A stretch of 47,515 bases of DNA from Burkholderiales bacterium (GTDB lineage: Bacteria > Pseudomonadota > Gammaproteobacteria > Burkholderiales > SG8-39), in assembly GCA_035517595.1 (NCBI GenBank), contig DATIYN010000011.1, positions 1 to 47,515 on the forward strand. The letters run 5' to 3'. Of the stretch, positions 26,535 through 36,022 are shown piece after piece (within the stretch, counting starts at the first letter, position 1; each line of letters opens with the position of its first letter). The position numbers were made by a program, and so were the translations under genes. The notes beneath the pieces are model-generated. The model saw nothing but the letters and a program-made list of their open reading frames with translations. It searched no databases and was not told where the DNA came from.

Positions 26535-26690
26535 GCGGCCCTGAAAACAAAACGCCCGTTCAGCTTTCGCGAAACGGGCCGTTTGAGAATCGATGCGGGG
26601 CGCGTCTCTTTAGCGGTACTTGTTTTTCCCCGCTCTACTGCGGTGCGGCGCCCGCAAGCTGAACATCAAATCGGCGCAGGCGGCATTCTA
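26535..26690 (-). promoter_or_regulatory. Structured metH leader with a terminator-like hairpin and T-tract (26543-26579) ending 8 nt before the ATG; candidate attenuator or riboswitch of unknown class
   Basis: The minus strand has a TAGAAT -10-like hexamer (26685-26690). A long-range pairing TGCGGGCGC / GCGCCCCGCA (about 26648-26656 with 26594-26603) encloses an AGCGG/CCGCT hairpin. This is followed by GCCCGTT-12nt-AACGGGC and then GTTTTGTTTTC. Confidence 0.45.
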
Positions 26691-26704
26691 CCGCAGGCCG
26701 AGCC

Positions 26705-27679
26705 TCAGTGCAGGCGCGGCTTCTTCAGGAAGTCCGCGCGGTCGGCGGAGCGGATGCGCGCGACGGAGGAGGCGCCGCGGCGCGAGAGCGTGAGCGGCAC
26801 TTCGGCGCCGGCGGACCCGAGGCTCCAGACCTTGCGGAAGAATTGCGCGAGCCCGGTGACGCGTTCCTCGCCGACGGCAAGGATCAGGTCGCCGAGCTGC
26901 ACCTGCGCCTGCTCGGCCGGGCCCCCGGGCGCGAGCCCGCCGACCACCACGTGTCCCTCGAGTTCGGTCGCGTACAGCCCGAGCCAGGGCCGCGGCGGCC
27001 GCGCGGGCCGTCCCGTGGCGAGCATCGTTTCAAGGATCGGCGCGAGCAAGTCGATCGGCACGAACATGTTGCCGTCGACCGCCTTGCCGCCGACCGCCTC
27101 CTGCACGAGCAGCGAGCCGATGCCGAGCAGGCGGCCGTCCTCGCCCACGAGCGCCGCGCCGCCCCATTGCGGGTGCGCGGGCGCGGTGAACAGTGCCTCG
27201 TCGAGCACGTACTCCCAGTAGCCGGCGAACTCGCGCTTGGCGACGATCTTCGATTTCAGAGAGTGCGCGCGGCCGCCCTGGCCGATGACGATCGTCGGGT
27301 CGCCGGGCGCTGCCGCGCGCGCGCTGCCGCGCGCGAGCGGCTTCACGCCGAGGCGCCCGAGCGGCGCTACCAGGCCGAAACCCGTCGCCTGGTCATACGC
27401 GAGCGCGTGGCCCTGGAGCACGGCGCCACGGTTGGTGGTGAGCCAGATCGACTCGGCCTCGGTGATCAGGTAACCGATCGTGAGCACGAGGCCGTCCTCG
27501 CCGATTACCACGCCGTTGCCGGCGCGCTCGGTGCCGAGGATCGAGGCGGTGAACGCATCGTCCGGGATCTCGGCGCGCAGTAGCAGCACCGCATCCAGCG
27601 CAGCCTCGAGATCGAACCGCGCCTGGGCGGGATCGGGCTGCAGCGCGTCGGGAAAGGCCCAGTTGCCGGCAGCGGCCAT
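26705..27679 (-). CDS. S1C (HtrA/DegP-like) trypsin-fold domain plus PDZ protein with no signal peptide; the catalytic triad appears degenerate
   Basis: 324-aa ORF. The chymotrypsin-fold blocks GNGVVIGEDGLVLTIGYLI and HPQWGGAALVGEDGRLLGIGSLLV align with HtrA GSGFII..G.ILTNxHVV and GNSGGPLVN..G.VIGI. The C-terminal PDZ reads GLYATELEGHVVVGGLAPGGPAEQAQVQLGDLILAV. Confidence 0.8.
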   Translation of the reverse strand: MAAAGNWAFPDALQPDPAQARFDLEAALDAVLLLRAEIPDDAFTASILGTERAGNGVVIGEDGLVLTIGYLITEAESIWLTTNRGAVLQGHALAYDQATGFGLVAPLGRLGVKPLARGSARAAAPGDPTIVIGQGGRAHSLKSKIVAKREFAGYWEYVLDEALFTAPAHPQWGGAALVGEDGRLLGIGSLLVQEAVGGKAVDGNMFVPIDLLAPILETMLATGRPARPPRPWLGLYATELEGHVVVGGLAPGGPAEQAQVQLGDLILAVGEERVTGLAQFFRKVWSLGSAGAEVPLTLSRRGASSVARIRSADRADFLKKPRLH

Positions 27680-27680
27680 C

Positions 27681-29326
<1,646 letters not shown>

Positions 29327-29332
29327 GCGCGG

Positions 29333-30688
29333 TCAGGGCGCGCCGACGGCGCGGGCCGCCGACCACTCGGCGAGCGCGCGCTCGATCATCGGCTGCGCCG
29401 TGCCGTAGCAGCTCGCCGGGTCGAAAAGCGATTCGAGTTCCCTCGCGGCCAGGGACCGGCCCGCCGGGTCGGCGCGCAGCGCCTCGGCGAGCGTCCTGCC
29501 TTCGCGCACGGCGGTCTCGCAGAGCTTCTCGGTGAGCGCGTGCGCGGCGGCCTTGCCGAGCGTGCGCGCCAGCCGCATCGAGACGTTCTCCGAAAACGCA
29601 AGTCCGCGCGTGCGCTCGAGATTCGCTCGCATCGCGCCCTCGTCGACCGAGAGGCCCTCCAGCACCTCGGCCATCGCCGCGAGCGCGCTCGCGGCGCCGC
29701 AGAGCAGGTCGCGCAGCGTGAACCACTGCCCCTGCCATTGGCCCAGGCCGCGCTCGTGCTCGGGCGCCATCTGCGCGAGCAGCGCGGCCGCCAGGTGCGG
29801 CGCGCGCTGCGCGGCTTCCAGTGCGGCGACGCAGCCTACGGGATTGCGCTTGTGCGGCATCGCCGAGGAACCGCCGCGGCCCGCGCCCGAGGGCTCGAAG
29901 ACTTCGCCGATTTCCGGCTGCATCAGGAGCGAGATGTCGCGCGCGATCTTGGCCGCCGCGCCCGCGAGGATCGCGGCCTCCGCTCCCAGGCGCGCGAAGC
30001 CGTCGCGCACGCTGTGCCAGGTAATCGGCGCGCGCGCGAGGCCCAGCTCGGCCGCGAGAGCCTCGGCGATCGCCTCGCCGCGGTCACCGTACGCCGAGAG
30101 CGTTCCGCCCGCGCCGCCGAACTGCAGCCTGCGGCCATCCGCGGCCGCCGCGCGAAATCGCGCACGTGGGCGCGCGATCCCCTGCAGCCAGACCGCCGCC
30201 TTCCAGCCAAAGGACACCGGAACGGCAGGCTGCAGCAACGTGCGCGCGAGCACCGGCGTGCGCGCGTGGCGGCGCGCCAGCGCCGCGGCCGCGTCGCCGA
30301 CCCGCCCCGACAGCGCCAGCACTCGCTCGCAGGCGGGCCCGAGGCAAAGCGCTACCGCCGAGTCGACCACGTCCTGGCTCGTAGCGCCCAGGTGCACGTA
30401 GCGCGCGGCGTCGGCGGAGACCGCGGCGACCTGCTCCGTGAGGCTGCGGACGAAGGGAATCGTGAGCGTCGCGGAGCGGCGTGCCGCTTCGCCGATGGAG
30501 TTCGCATCGAAGCTTGCTCCCGCAGCGACGCGCGCAATTGTGTCGGCGGCGGCGGCAGGTACGAGGCCCGCGGCGACCGAGGCCTTTGCGAGCGCGCCCT
30601 CGAAGCGCGCCATCGCCGCGAGCAGCCTTTCGTCCGAGAGCTCGCGCGCGCAGGCCGCGTCCCAGAAGGCGGTTTGGAGGCCCGACAT
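29333..30688 (-). CDS. pcaB: 3-carboxy-cis,cis-muconate cycloisomerase
   Basis: 451-aa ORF of the fumarase/aspartase superfamily, with the signature [12 protein letters not shown]. The N-terminus has the ...[21 protein letters not shown] pattern typical of PcaB. It lies in the same operon as pcaHG. Confidence 0.9.
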   Translation of the reverse strand: MSGLQTAFWDAACARELSDERLLAAMARFEGALAKASVAAGLVPAAAADTIARVAAGASFDANSIGEAARRSATLTIPFVRSLTEQVAAVSADAARYVHLGATSQDVVDSAVALCLGPACERVLALSGRVGDAAAALARRHARTPVLARTLLQPAVPVSFGWKAAVWLQGIARPRARFRAAAADGRRLQFGGAGGTLSAYGDRGEAIAEALAAELGLARAPITWHSVRDGFARLGAEAAILAGAAAKIARDISLLMQPEIGEVFEPSGAGRGGSSAMPHKRNPVGCVAALEAAQRAPHLAAALLAQMAPEHERGLGQWQGQWFTLRDLLCGAASALAAMAEVLEGLSVDEGAMRANLERTRGLAFSENVSMRLARTLGKAAAHALTEKLCETAVREGRTLAEALRADPAGRSLAARELESLFDPASCYGTAQPMIERALAEWSAARAVGAP

Positions 30689-30708
30689 GGCGGCGAGCGC
30701 CGGTCCGC

Positions 30709-31824
30709 CTAGGCCTTGCCCCAGACCTCATCGGCGGTTTCGATCACGAGGCGCAGCTTCGTGCGCTGCGCCTCCACGGCGATCCTGTTGCCGTGCACCG
30801 TGCTCGAGAATCCGCATTGCGGCGAGAGCGCGAGCTGGTCGAGCGGCACGAACTTCGAGGCCTCCTCGATGCGGCGCTTGAGATCGTCCTTCTTCTCGAG
30901 CGCATCCAGCTTGGTCGTCACCAGGCCCAGCACCACGACCTTTCCCTTGGGCAGGAAGCGCAGCGGCTTGAAGTCGCCCGAGCGCTGGTCGTCGTACTCG
31001 AGGAAGTAAGCGTCGACGTTCATCTCCGAGAGCAGCGCCTCCGCGACGGGCTCGTAGCCCCCCTGCGCGGCCCAGGTGCTCTGGAAGTTGCCGCGGCACA
31101 GGTGCACCGCGAGCGTCATGCCGGCGGGCTTCTTCGCGACCACCCGGTTGATGAACTTGGCGTAGCGGTGCGGCAGCTCGTTCGGGTCGTCGCCGCGCGC
31201 GCGCGCCGCCTCGCGCATCTTCTCGTCGCAGAGGTAGGCGAGATTGGTGTCGTCCATCTGCACGTACCGGCAGCCGGCCTTGGCGAGCGAGGCGAGCTCT
31301 TCGCCGTAGGCCTTGGCGACATCCTCGTAGAAGTCGGGCTCGAGCTCCGGATAGTGCTGCTTGCTGATGCCCGCGCGCCCGCCGCGGAAGTGCAGCATAG
31401 TGGGCGACGGAATCGTCACCTTGGGCGTCCTTCTGGTGCAGGACTTCAGGTACTGGAAGTCGGCGAGCTGGATGTCCTTGACGTGACGCACCTTGTCGAT
31501 GACGCGCATCACGGGCGGGGCGAGCTCCTCGGTGCCATCGGGCCTCCTGATCTTCACCGGGATGTCGGTCTTCACGCCGCCCAGCTGCTCGAGGAAGTCG
31601 ATGTGGAAGTAAGTGCGGCGGAACTCGCCGTCGGTGATCGACTGCAGGCCGACGTCCTCCTGGAACTTGACGATCTCGGCGATCGCCTGGTCCTCGACCT
31701 TGCGCAGCTCGGCCGCGCCGATCGCGCCTCTGGCCTTCCTTTCGCGGGCCTCGAGCAGATACTGCGGGCGCAGGAAGCTGCCTACGTGATCGGCGCGGAA
31801 AGGTGGCGTGCTTCGGATTGACAT
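30709..31824 (-). CDS. Cobalamin-independent methionine synthase (MetE) C-terminal-domain-like Zn methyltransferase
   Basis: 371-aa ORF. The N-terminus is FRADHVGSFLRP. Zn-ligand-like motifs HLCRGN (H-x-C) and SPQCGFS (Cys) correspond to the MetE HMCYS and NPDCGLK positions. Confidence 0.8.
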   Translation of the reverse strand: MSIRSTPPFRADHVGSFLRPQYLLEARERKARGAIGAAELRKVEDQAIAEIVKFQEDVGLQSITDGEFRRTYFHIDFLEQLGGVKTDIPVKIRRPDGTEELAPPVMRVIDKVRHVKDIQLADFQYLKSCTRRTPKVTIPSPTMLHFRGGRAGISKQHYPELEPDFYEDVAKAYGEELASLAKAGCRYVQMDDTNLAYLCDEKMREAARARGDDPNELPHRYAKFINRVVAKKPAGMTLAVHLCRGNFQSTWAAQGGYEPVAEALLSEMNVDAYFLEYDDQRSGDFKPLRFLPKGKVVVLGLVTTKLDALEKKDDLKRRIEEASKFVPLDQLALSPQCGFSSTVHGNRIAVEAQRTKLRLVIETADEVWGKA

Positions 31825-33242
31825 GGTTGTCTCTCTGAGTTGTTCAAGTAAACCCCTTGACGCGAGAGCGCCGACTGCAGCTCGGCGATGTCCACGGCGC
31901 GCGGCGCGATGCCGCGGCTAGCGGCAAGCGCGGCCGCCACTCCCGCGCCCTGGCCCGTGATCCAGCATTGCGGGATTTCGCGCATGAAGCCGTGCGAATT
32001 GGCGTCGCAGGCGATGTGCCGGCCGCAGGCGATGAGGCCGTCCAGCTTCTCGGGCACCAGGCAGCCGTAGGGAACGGAAATGTTCGGGAACTTGGGCGAC
32101 ACGCTCGGCGTCACGCCGATCTCGTCGTCGAAAACCTGCGCCGTGGGCCAGTGCGCGCGCAGCATCTTCTTCGCGCCCACCAGGCGGCGCGAGTGGCGCA
32201 CGCCGAGCTGGGGCGCCGACAGCATGAGGAATGCGTTCTCGAAGCCGGGCGCGTTCTCGCGGAAGTAGTCCAGGTGCGCGGCCATCAGGCGGTGCGAGCG
32301 CACTTCCACTTCGGTCTGGTCGTCGACGTCGAGCGCCGAGAAACCGGACTGGCGCGGGCCCATGTAGAGGGCGATGTCGTTGCGCCAGGACACGAACGGG
32401 CGCTCGCAGACGCCCATGCGCTCGCGCCCGCGCGCCATGAGCTGCGAGAATTGCTCCGGGCTGCCCGCCTTGAACTCGATCCAGCGGTTCATGTCCACGC
32501 CGCCGAACAGCCACGCGGTGTTCATGCAGTGGTGGATGTCGTTCGCCTCGATGTCGGACTCGAAGGCTGCGCCCGCGCGCGCGAACAGGTCGCCGTCGCC
32601 CGTCGCGTCCACTGTCACCTTGGCGCGAACCGCGCGGCGGCCGGCCTTGGACTCGAAGGTGACGCCGCGTACCGCGCCCGCCTCCACGATCGGCAACGCC
32701 GCCCAGCAGTGGAACGCGAGGCGCGCCCCCGCCTCGAGCACGATCTCCTGCGAGGCGAGCTTCAGGCGCTCCGGGTCGATGGTCGGCGACCAGGTGACGA
32801 TGCCATGAAATGCCGCGGTGCGCTGCGACCAGTGCGCGGCGCGCGCCGCGTCTCGCGAGCCCCATTCCTCGGCGCCGGGTCCGGCGATCGCCTCGCGCGG
32901 CAGGCGGTCGAGGATCTCCTCGGCGAAGCCCCGGATCACCTGCTTGCCCTGCCAGTCGGTCATCCGATCGATCCAGATGACGAGGCCCCCGGTCGAGAGT
33001 CCGCCCAGGTGGTTGTAGCGCTCGAGCAGGACGACGGACGCACCCAGGCGGGCGGCGGCCGCGGCGGCCGCGGTGCCCGAAGGCCCGCCGCCCACGACCA
33101 GCACGTCGCACTCGGCATGGACCGGAACGTCGCGCGCAGCCTCGCGCACGGTGCCCAGGTTGCGGCGATCGCGCGCGCCGCGCTCGAACTCGTTGATGTC
33201 CGAAACGAGGAGGCGCTCGTCAGTGGGCTTGCCTGAGATCAC
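31782..33242 (-). CDS. FAD-dependent oxidoreductase of unknown specificity
   Basis: 486-aa ORF with the dinucleotide fold CDVLVVGGGPSGTAAAAAAARLGASVVLLERYNHLGGLSTGG. Its 3' end overlaps the next gene start by 43 nt. Confidence 0.75.
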   Translation of the reverse strand: MISGKPTDERLLVSDINEFERGARDRRNLGTVREAARDVPVHAECDVLVVGGGPSGTAAAAAAARLGASVVLLERYNHLGGLSTGGLVIWIDRMTDWQGKQVIRGFAEEILDRLPREAIAGPGAEEWGSRDAARAAHWSQRTAAFHGIVTWSPTIDPERLKLASQEIVLEAGARLAFHCWAALPIVEAGAVRGVTFESKAGRRAVRAKVTVDATGDGDLFARAGAAFESDIEANDIHHCMNTAWLFGGVDMNRWIEFKAGSPEQFSQLMARGRERMGVCERPFVSWRNDIALYMGPRQSGFSALDVDDQTEVEVRSHRLMAAHLDYFRENAPGFENAFLMLSAPQLGVRHSRRLVGAKKMLRAHWPTAQVFDDEIGVTPSVSPKFPNISVPYGCLVPEKLDGLIACGRHIACDANSHGFMREIPQCWITGQGAGVAAALAASRGIAPRAVDIAELQSALSRQGVYLNNSERQPCQSEARHLSAPIT

Positions 33243-33246
33243 GGCG

Positions 33247-33783
33247 TCAGCAGTCGAAGAAGACCGTCTCGTCCTTCCCCTGCAGGATCACGTTCCATTC
33301 CAGCACGCCCGGCTTGCCGGTCTTGCGCGCGATCAGCGTGCCGCGCCGCTCCTTCGGCACCAGGGCGAGCGCCGCGTCCTTGGCATTTGCGGCTTCGTCC
33401 GGGAAGTAGATGCGCGACACGAGCTGCTTGAGTTGGCCGCGCATGAAGATCACGGCCAGGATGTGCGGCGCCTGCAGCCCGCCGCCGGGCGCCGGCACGC
33501 GTCCGGGCTTGATGGTGCTGAAGCGGAACGCTCCCGAGTCGTCGGTTGCCGAGCGGCCAAAGCCGCGGAAGCGCTTGCCGCCGAACTTGCCGCGGCTGTC
33601 GGCTTGCCAGATCTCGACGAGCGCATCGTTGACCGGCTTGCCGTCGCCATCGAGCACGCGCCCCCGGATCGTCACGCGCTGGCCGGGCACGCCCGCGGGC
33701 GCGAGCGACTCGGTGATCAGCCAGGTCAGGCCGATGTGCAGGTACGGCCCTACGGTCTGCGAAGTGGTGGCGTGCAGGCTCAT
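33247..33783 (-). CDS. pcaG: Protocatechuate 3,4-dioxygenase alpha subunit
   Basis: The true 178-aa protein starts at the internal MSLHATTSQTVGPYLHIGL and includes DALVEIWQADSRGKF. The 435-aa track ORF is a read-through into an off-frame of pcaH. Confidence 0.9.
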   Translation of the reverse strand: MSLHATTSQTVGPYLHIGLTWLITESLAPAGVPGQRVTIRGRVLDGDGKPVNDALVEIWQADSRGKFGGKRFRGFGRSATDDSGAFRFSTIKPGRVPAPGGGLQAPHILAVIFMRGQLKQLVSRIYFPDEAANAKDAALALVPKERRGTLIARKTGKPGVLEWNVILQGKDETVFFDC

Positions 33784-33788
33784 CGCGC

Positions 33789-34502
33789 TTACCTTTTCCT
33801 GTGTTCCATCGGCGTCTCGTCGGCGCCGCGCAGCACGACGTCCCAGCGGTAGCCGAGCGCGATCTCGGGAATCGTCGTTTCCCAGTCGAGCGCCGACACC
33901 AGGCGCCGGCGCGCACGTTCGTCGGGCACGCAGTTGTACATCGGGTCCTCGTCCAGCAGCGGATCGCCCGGGAAGTACATCTGCGTGACGAGGCGCTGCA
34001 CGAACGCCTGGCCGAAGATCGAGAAATGGATGTGCGCGGGCCGCCACGCGTTGCAGTGGTTGCGCCAGGGATACTCGCCGGGACGGATGGTCACGAAGCG
34101 ATAGCGGCCCTGCTTGTCGGTGAGCGTGCGGCCGCAGCCGGTGAAGTTGGGGTCCATCGGCGCGTCGTGCTGGTCGACGCGGTGCGGATAGCGTCCGGCG
34201 GAGTTCGCCTGCCAGATCTCGACCAGCGTGTCCGGCACCGGTCGGCCGTTCTCGTCCAGCACGCGCCCGCTCACGATGATGCGCTCGCCGATCGGATCGC
34301 CGGCGTGCTGCTTCGTGAGGTCGTGGTCGCCGCGCTTGACCTCGCCCCAGCCGAACACGGGGCTCGTAAGCTCGGTCTCGGTCTGCGGCAGCCGGACCAG
34401 CGGCCGGGTCGGCGCCCGCTTCACCGTCGAGGCGTAGCGCGGGAACAGGTAGTCGGGTTGCGTCCCGGCGGCGGGACTTCGATACGTGATCCTCGGCTGC
34501 AT
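33789..34502 (-). CDS. pcaH: Protocatechuate 3,4-dioxygenase beta subunit
   Basis: Starts at the internal MQPRITYRSPAAGTQPDYLFPRYASTVKRAP. Motifs are TLVEIWQANSAGRYPH and the Fe-ligand region WRPAHIHFSIFG. Confidence 0.92.
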   Translation of the reverse strand: MQPRITYRSPAAGTQPDYLFPRYASTVKRAPTRPLVRLPQTETELTSPVFGWGEVKRGDHDLTKQHAGDPIGERIIVSGRVLDENGRPVPDTLVEIWQANSAGRYPHRVDQHDAPMDPNFTGCGRTLTDKQGRYRFVTIRPGEYPWRNHCNAWRPAHIHFSIFGQAFVQRLVTQMYFPGDPLLDEDPMYNCVPDERARRRLVSALDWETTIPEIALGYRWDVVLRGADETPMEHRKR

Positions 34503-34519
34503 GGTCTCCTGGTTCTCCT

Positions 34520-35158
34520 CTATTCGGCGTCGGGCTGCTTGGCGGGCTGGGCACGATCGAAGGCGTCCAGCGTCATGCATTCGTCGAACACCCGCATCGC
34601 CACGGGATAGGGCGTAGTGTCGCACTGGTAGCGCTGCGCGTTGAAGATCTGCGGCACCAGGCAGCAGTCGGCCATCGTCGGCGCGTCACCGTGGCAATAG
34701 CGCCCGGTGCCGTCCGTACGCGCGAGCTGCGCCTCCAGCTTCGTCAGGCCGTCGGCGATCCAGTGGCGGTACCAGGCGTTCACCTGCTCCTCGCTCAGGC
34801 CGAGCGCGCGCTTCAGGTGCTGCAGCACGCGCGTGTTGTTGAGCGGGTGGATCTCGCAGGCGACCAGCAGGGAAAGCGAGCGCACTCGCGCGCGGCCCGG
34901 CGCGTCCTTCGGCAGCAGCGGCGGCTGCGGCCGCGTCTCCTCCAGGTACTCGATGATCGCGAGCGACTGCGTGAGCCGCTGGCCGGCGTCTTCCAGCGTC
35001 GGCAGCAGGGCCTGCGGGTTGAGCGCGCCGTAGCCGGGCTGGCGGTGCTCGCCGCGCGGAAGGTGCACGTAGGCCGCTTCGCAGGCGAGCCCTTTCAGGT
35101 TGAGCGCGATTCGAACCCGGAACGCCGCCGAGCTGCGGAAATAGGTATGCAGCTTCAT
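34520..35158 (-). CDS. maiA: Zeta-class glutathione S-transferase: maleylacetoacetate / maleylpyruvate isomerase
   Basis: The 212-aa protein starts at the internal MKLHTYFRSSAAFRVRIALNLKG and includes NPQALLPTLEDAGQRLTQSLAIIEYLEE (GST-zeta SSxxxRxRIAL motif). Its ATG overlaps the upstream stop (ATGA). Confidence 0.85.
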   Translation of the reverse strand: MKLHTYFRSSAAFRVRIALNLKGLACEAAYVHLPRGEHRQPGYGALNPQALLPTLEDAGQRLTQSLAIIEYLEETRPQPPLLPKDAPGRARVRSLSLLVACEIHPLNNTRVLQHLKRALGLSEEQVNAWYRHWIADGLTKLEAQLARTDGTGRYCHGDAPTMADCCLVPQIFNAQRYQCDTTPYPVAMRVFDECMTLDAFDRAQPAKQPDAE

Positions 35159-36012
35159 CTCAATCCGAGCAGCTTCGCGGCATTTTCCTTGAGGATCAGC
35201 GGCCGGACTTCGGGCTTGATCGGCAGCTTGTCGAATTCCGCCAGCCAGCGTTCCGGGGTCATGACCGGATAGTCGGAGCCGAACAGAATCTTGTCCTTGA
35301 GCAGCGTGTTGGCGTACTGCACGAGGATCGCCGGGAAATATTTCGGCGACCAACCCGACAGGTCGATGTAGACCTGCGGCTTGTGCGTGGCGACAGAGAG
35401 AGCTTCGTCCTGCCATGGAAATGACGGATGCGCCAGCACGATGGGCATGTCCGGAAAATCCGCGGCGACGTCGTCCAGCAGCATCGGGTTCGAGTACTTG
35501 AGGCGGATGCCGCCGCCGCCCGGGGTGCCGGCACCGACGCCGGTCTGGCCGGTGTGGAACAACGCTGGCAGCTTCGCCTCGGCGATGGCTTCGTACAGCG
35601 GATACGCCATCCGGTCGTTGGGGAAGAAGTCCTGTTCCGAAGGGTGGAACTTGAAACCCTTCACCTTGTAGTCCTTGATCAGACGCTTCGCCGCCGCGAC
35701 GCCCTCCTTGCCGCGGTGCGGGTTGATGCTCGCAAACGGAATGGCGACGTCGGAATGCTTGTGCGCGAGCTCCGCGATCTCCTCGTTGCTGATCTTTCTC
35801 TTCTGCCGCAGTGAATCCACCGTGAAGACGACAAACGCCATCCGCAACTTCCGGTAGATCTCCGCCATTTCCGGCACCGTGCTGTGCTGCGGCTGATAGC
35901 GGAAATAGCGGCCCATCGCTTCCTGAGTCTCGGTCGGCGCTTCTTCGACCGCCAGCGCGGACTTCCACGCGTGCGTGTGGACGTCGATGGCGACGAGGTC
36001 CTTGAGGTTCAT
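35155..36012 (-). CDS. Amidohydrolase_2 family metal-dependent hydrolase or decarboxylase (ACMSD / LigW / LigI-like)
   Basis: Starts at the internal MNLKDLVAIDVHTH (H-x-H metal motif). Further motifs are VAIPFASINP, FHTGQTG and LAHPSFPWQDE. The substrate cannot be assigned by eye. Confidence 0.75.
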   Translation of the reverse strand: MNLKDLVAIDVHTHAWKSALAVEEAPTETQEAMGRYFRYQPQHSTVPEMAEIYRKLRMAFVVFTVDSLRQKRKISNEEIAELAHKHSDVAIPFASINPHRGKEGVAAAKRLIKDYKVKGFKFHPSEQDFFPNDRMAYPLYEAIAEAKLPALFHTGQTGVGAGTPGGGGIRLKYSNPMLLDDVAADFPDMPIVLAHPSFPWQDEALSVATHKPQVYIDLSGWSPKYFPAILVQYANTLLKDKILFGSDYPVMTPERWLAEFDKLPIKPEVRPLILKENAAKLLGLR

Positions 36013-36022
36013 GCAGGATGGT

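Noticed and set aside
26666-26686. A tiny leader ORF (MPPAPI-stop) on the minus strand in the metH leader, as a possible peptide attenuator
   Set aside because: It has no Met or other regulatory codon run. It overlaps the putative -10 hexamer, so it may not even be transcribed, and it has no Shine-Dalgarno sequence.
26535-26704. Assigning the metH leader to the SAH, cobalamin or SAM-II riboswitch classes
   Set aside because: I could not find the SAH core (GAGGAGCG / CAGGCUCGG / AACGGCGCUCA), a B12 box (GCCACUG-like) or a convincing SAM-II pseudoknot. The only AAAGCU is in the terminator loop. The class is left open, and only a covariance-model search can decide.
33247-35968. A 435-aa ORF (33247-34554) and a 482-aa ORF (34520-35968) that look like fused proteins
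   Set aside because: Each is a genuine gene (pcaG, maiA) whose frame happens to stay open upstream through the neighbouring gene. The internal Met positions give proteins of canonical length (178 and 212 aa). The same applies to 40846-42555 (LivG-like) and 45436-47100 (amtB).
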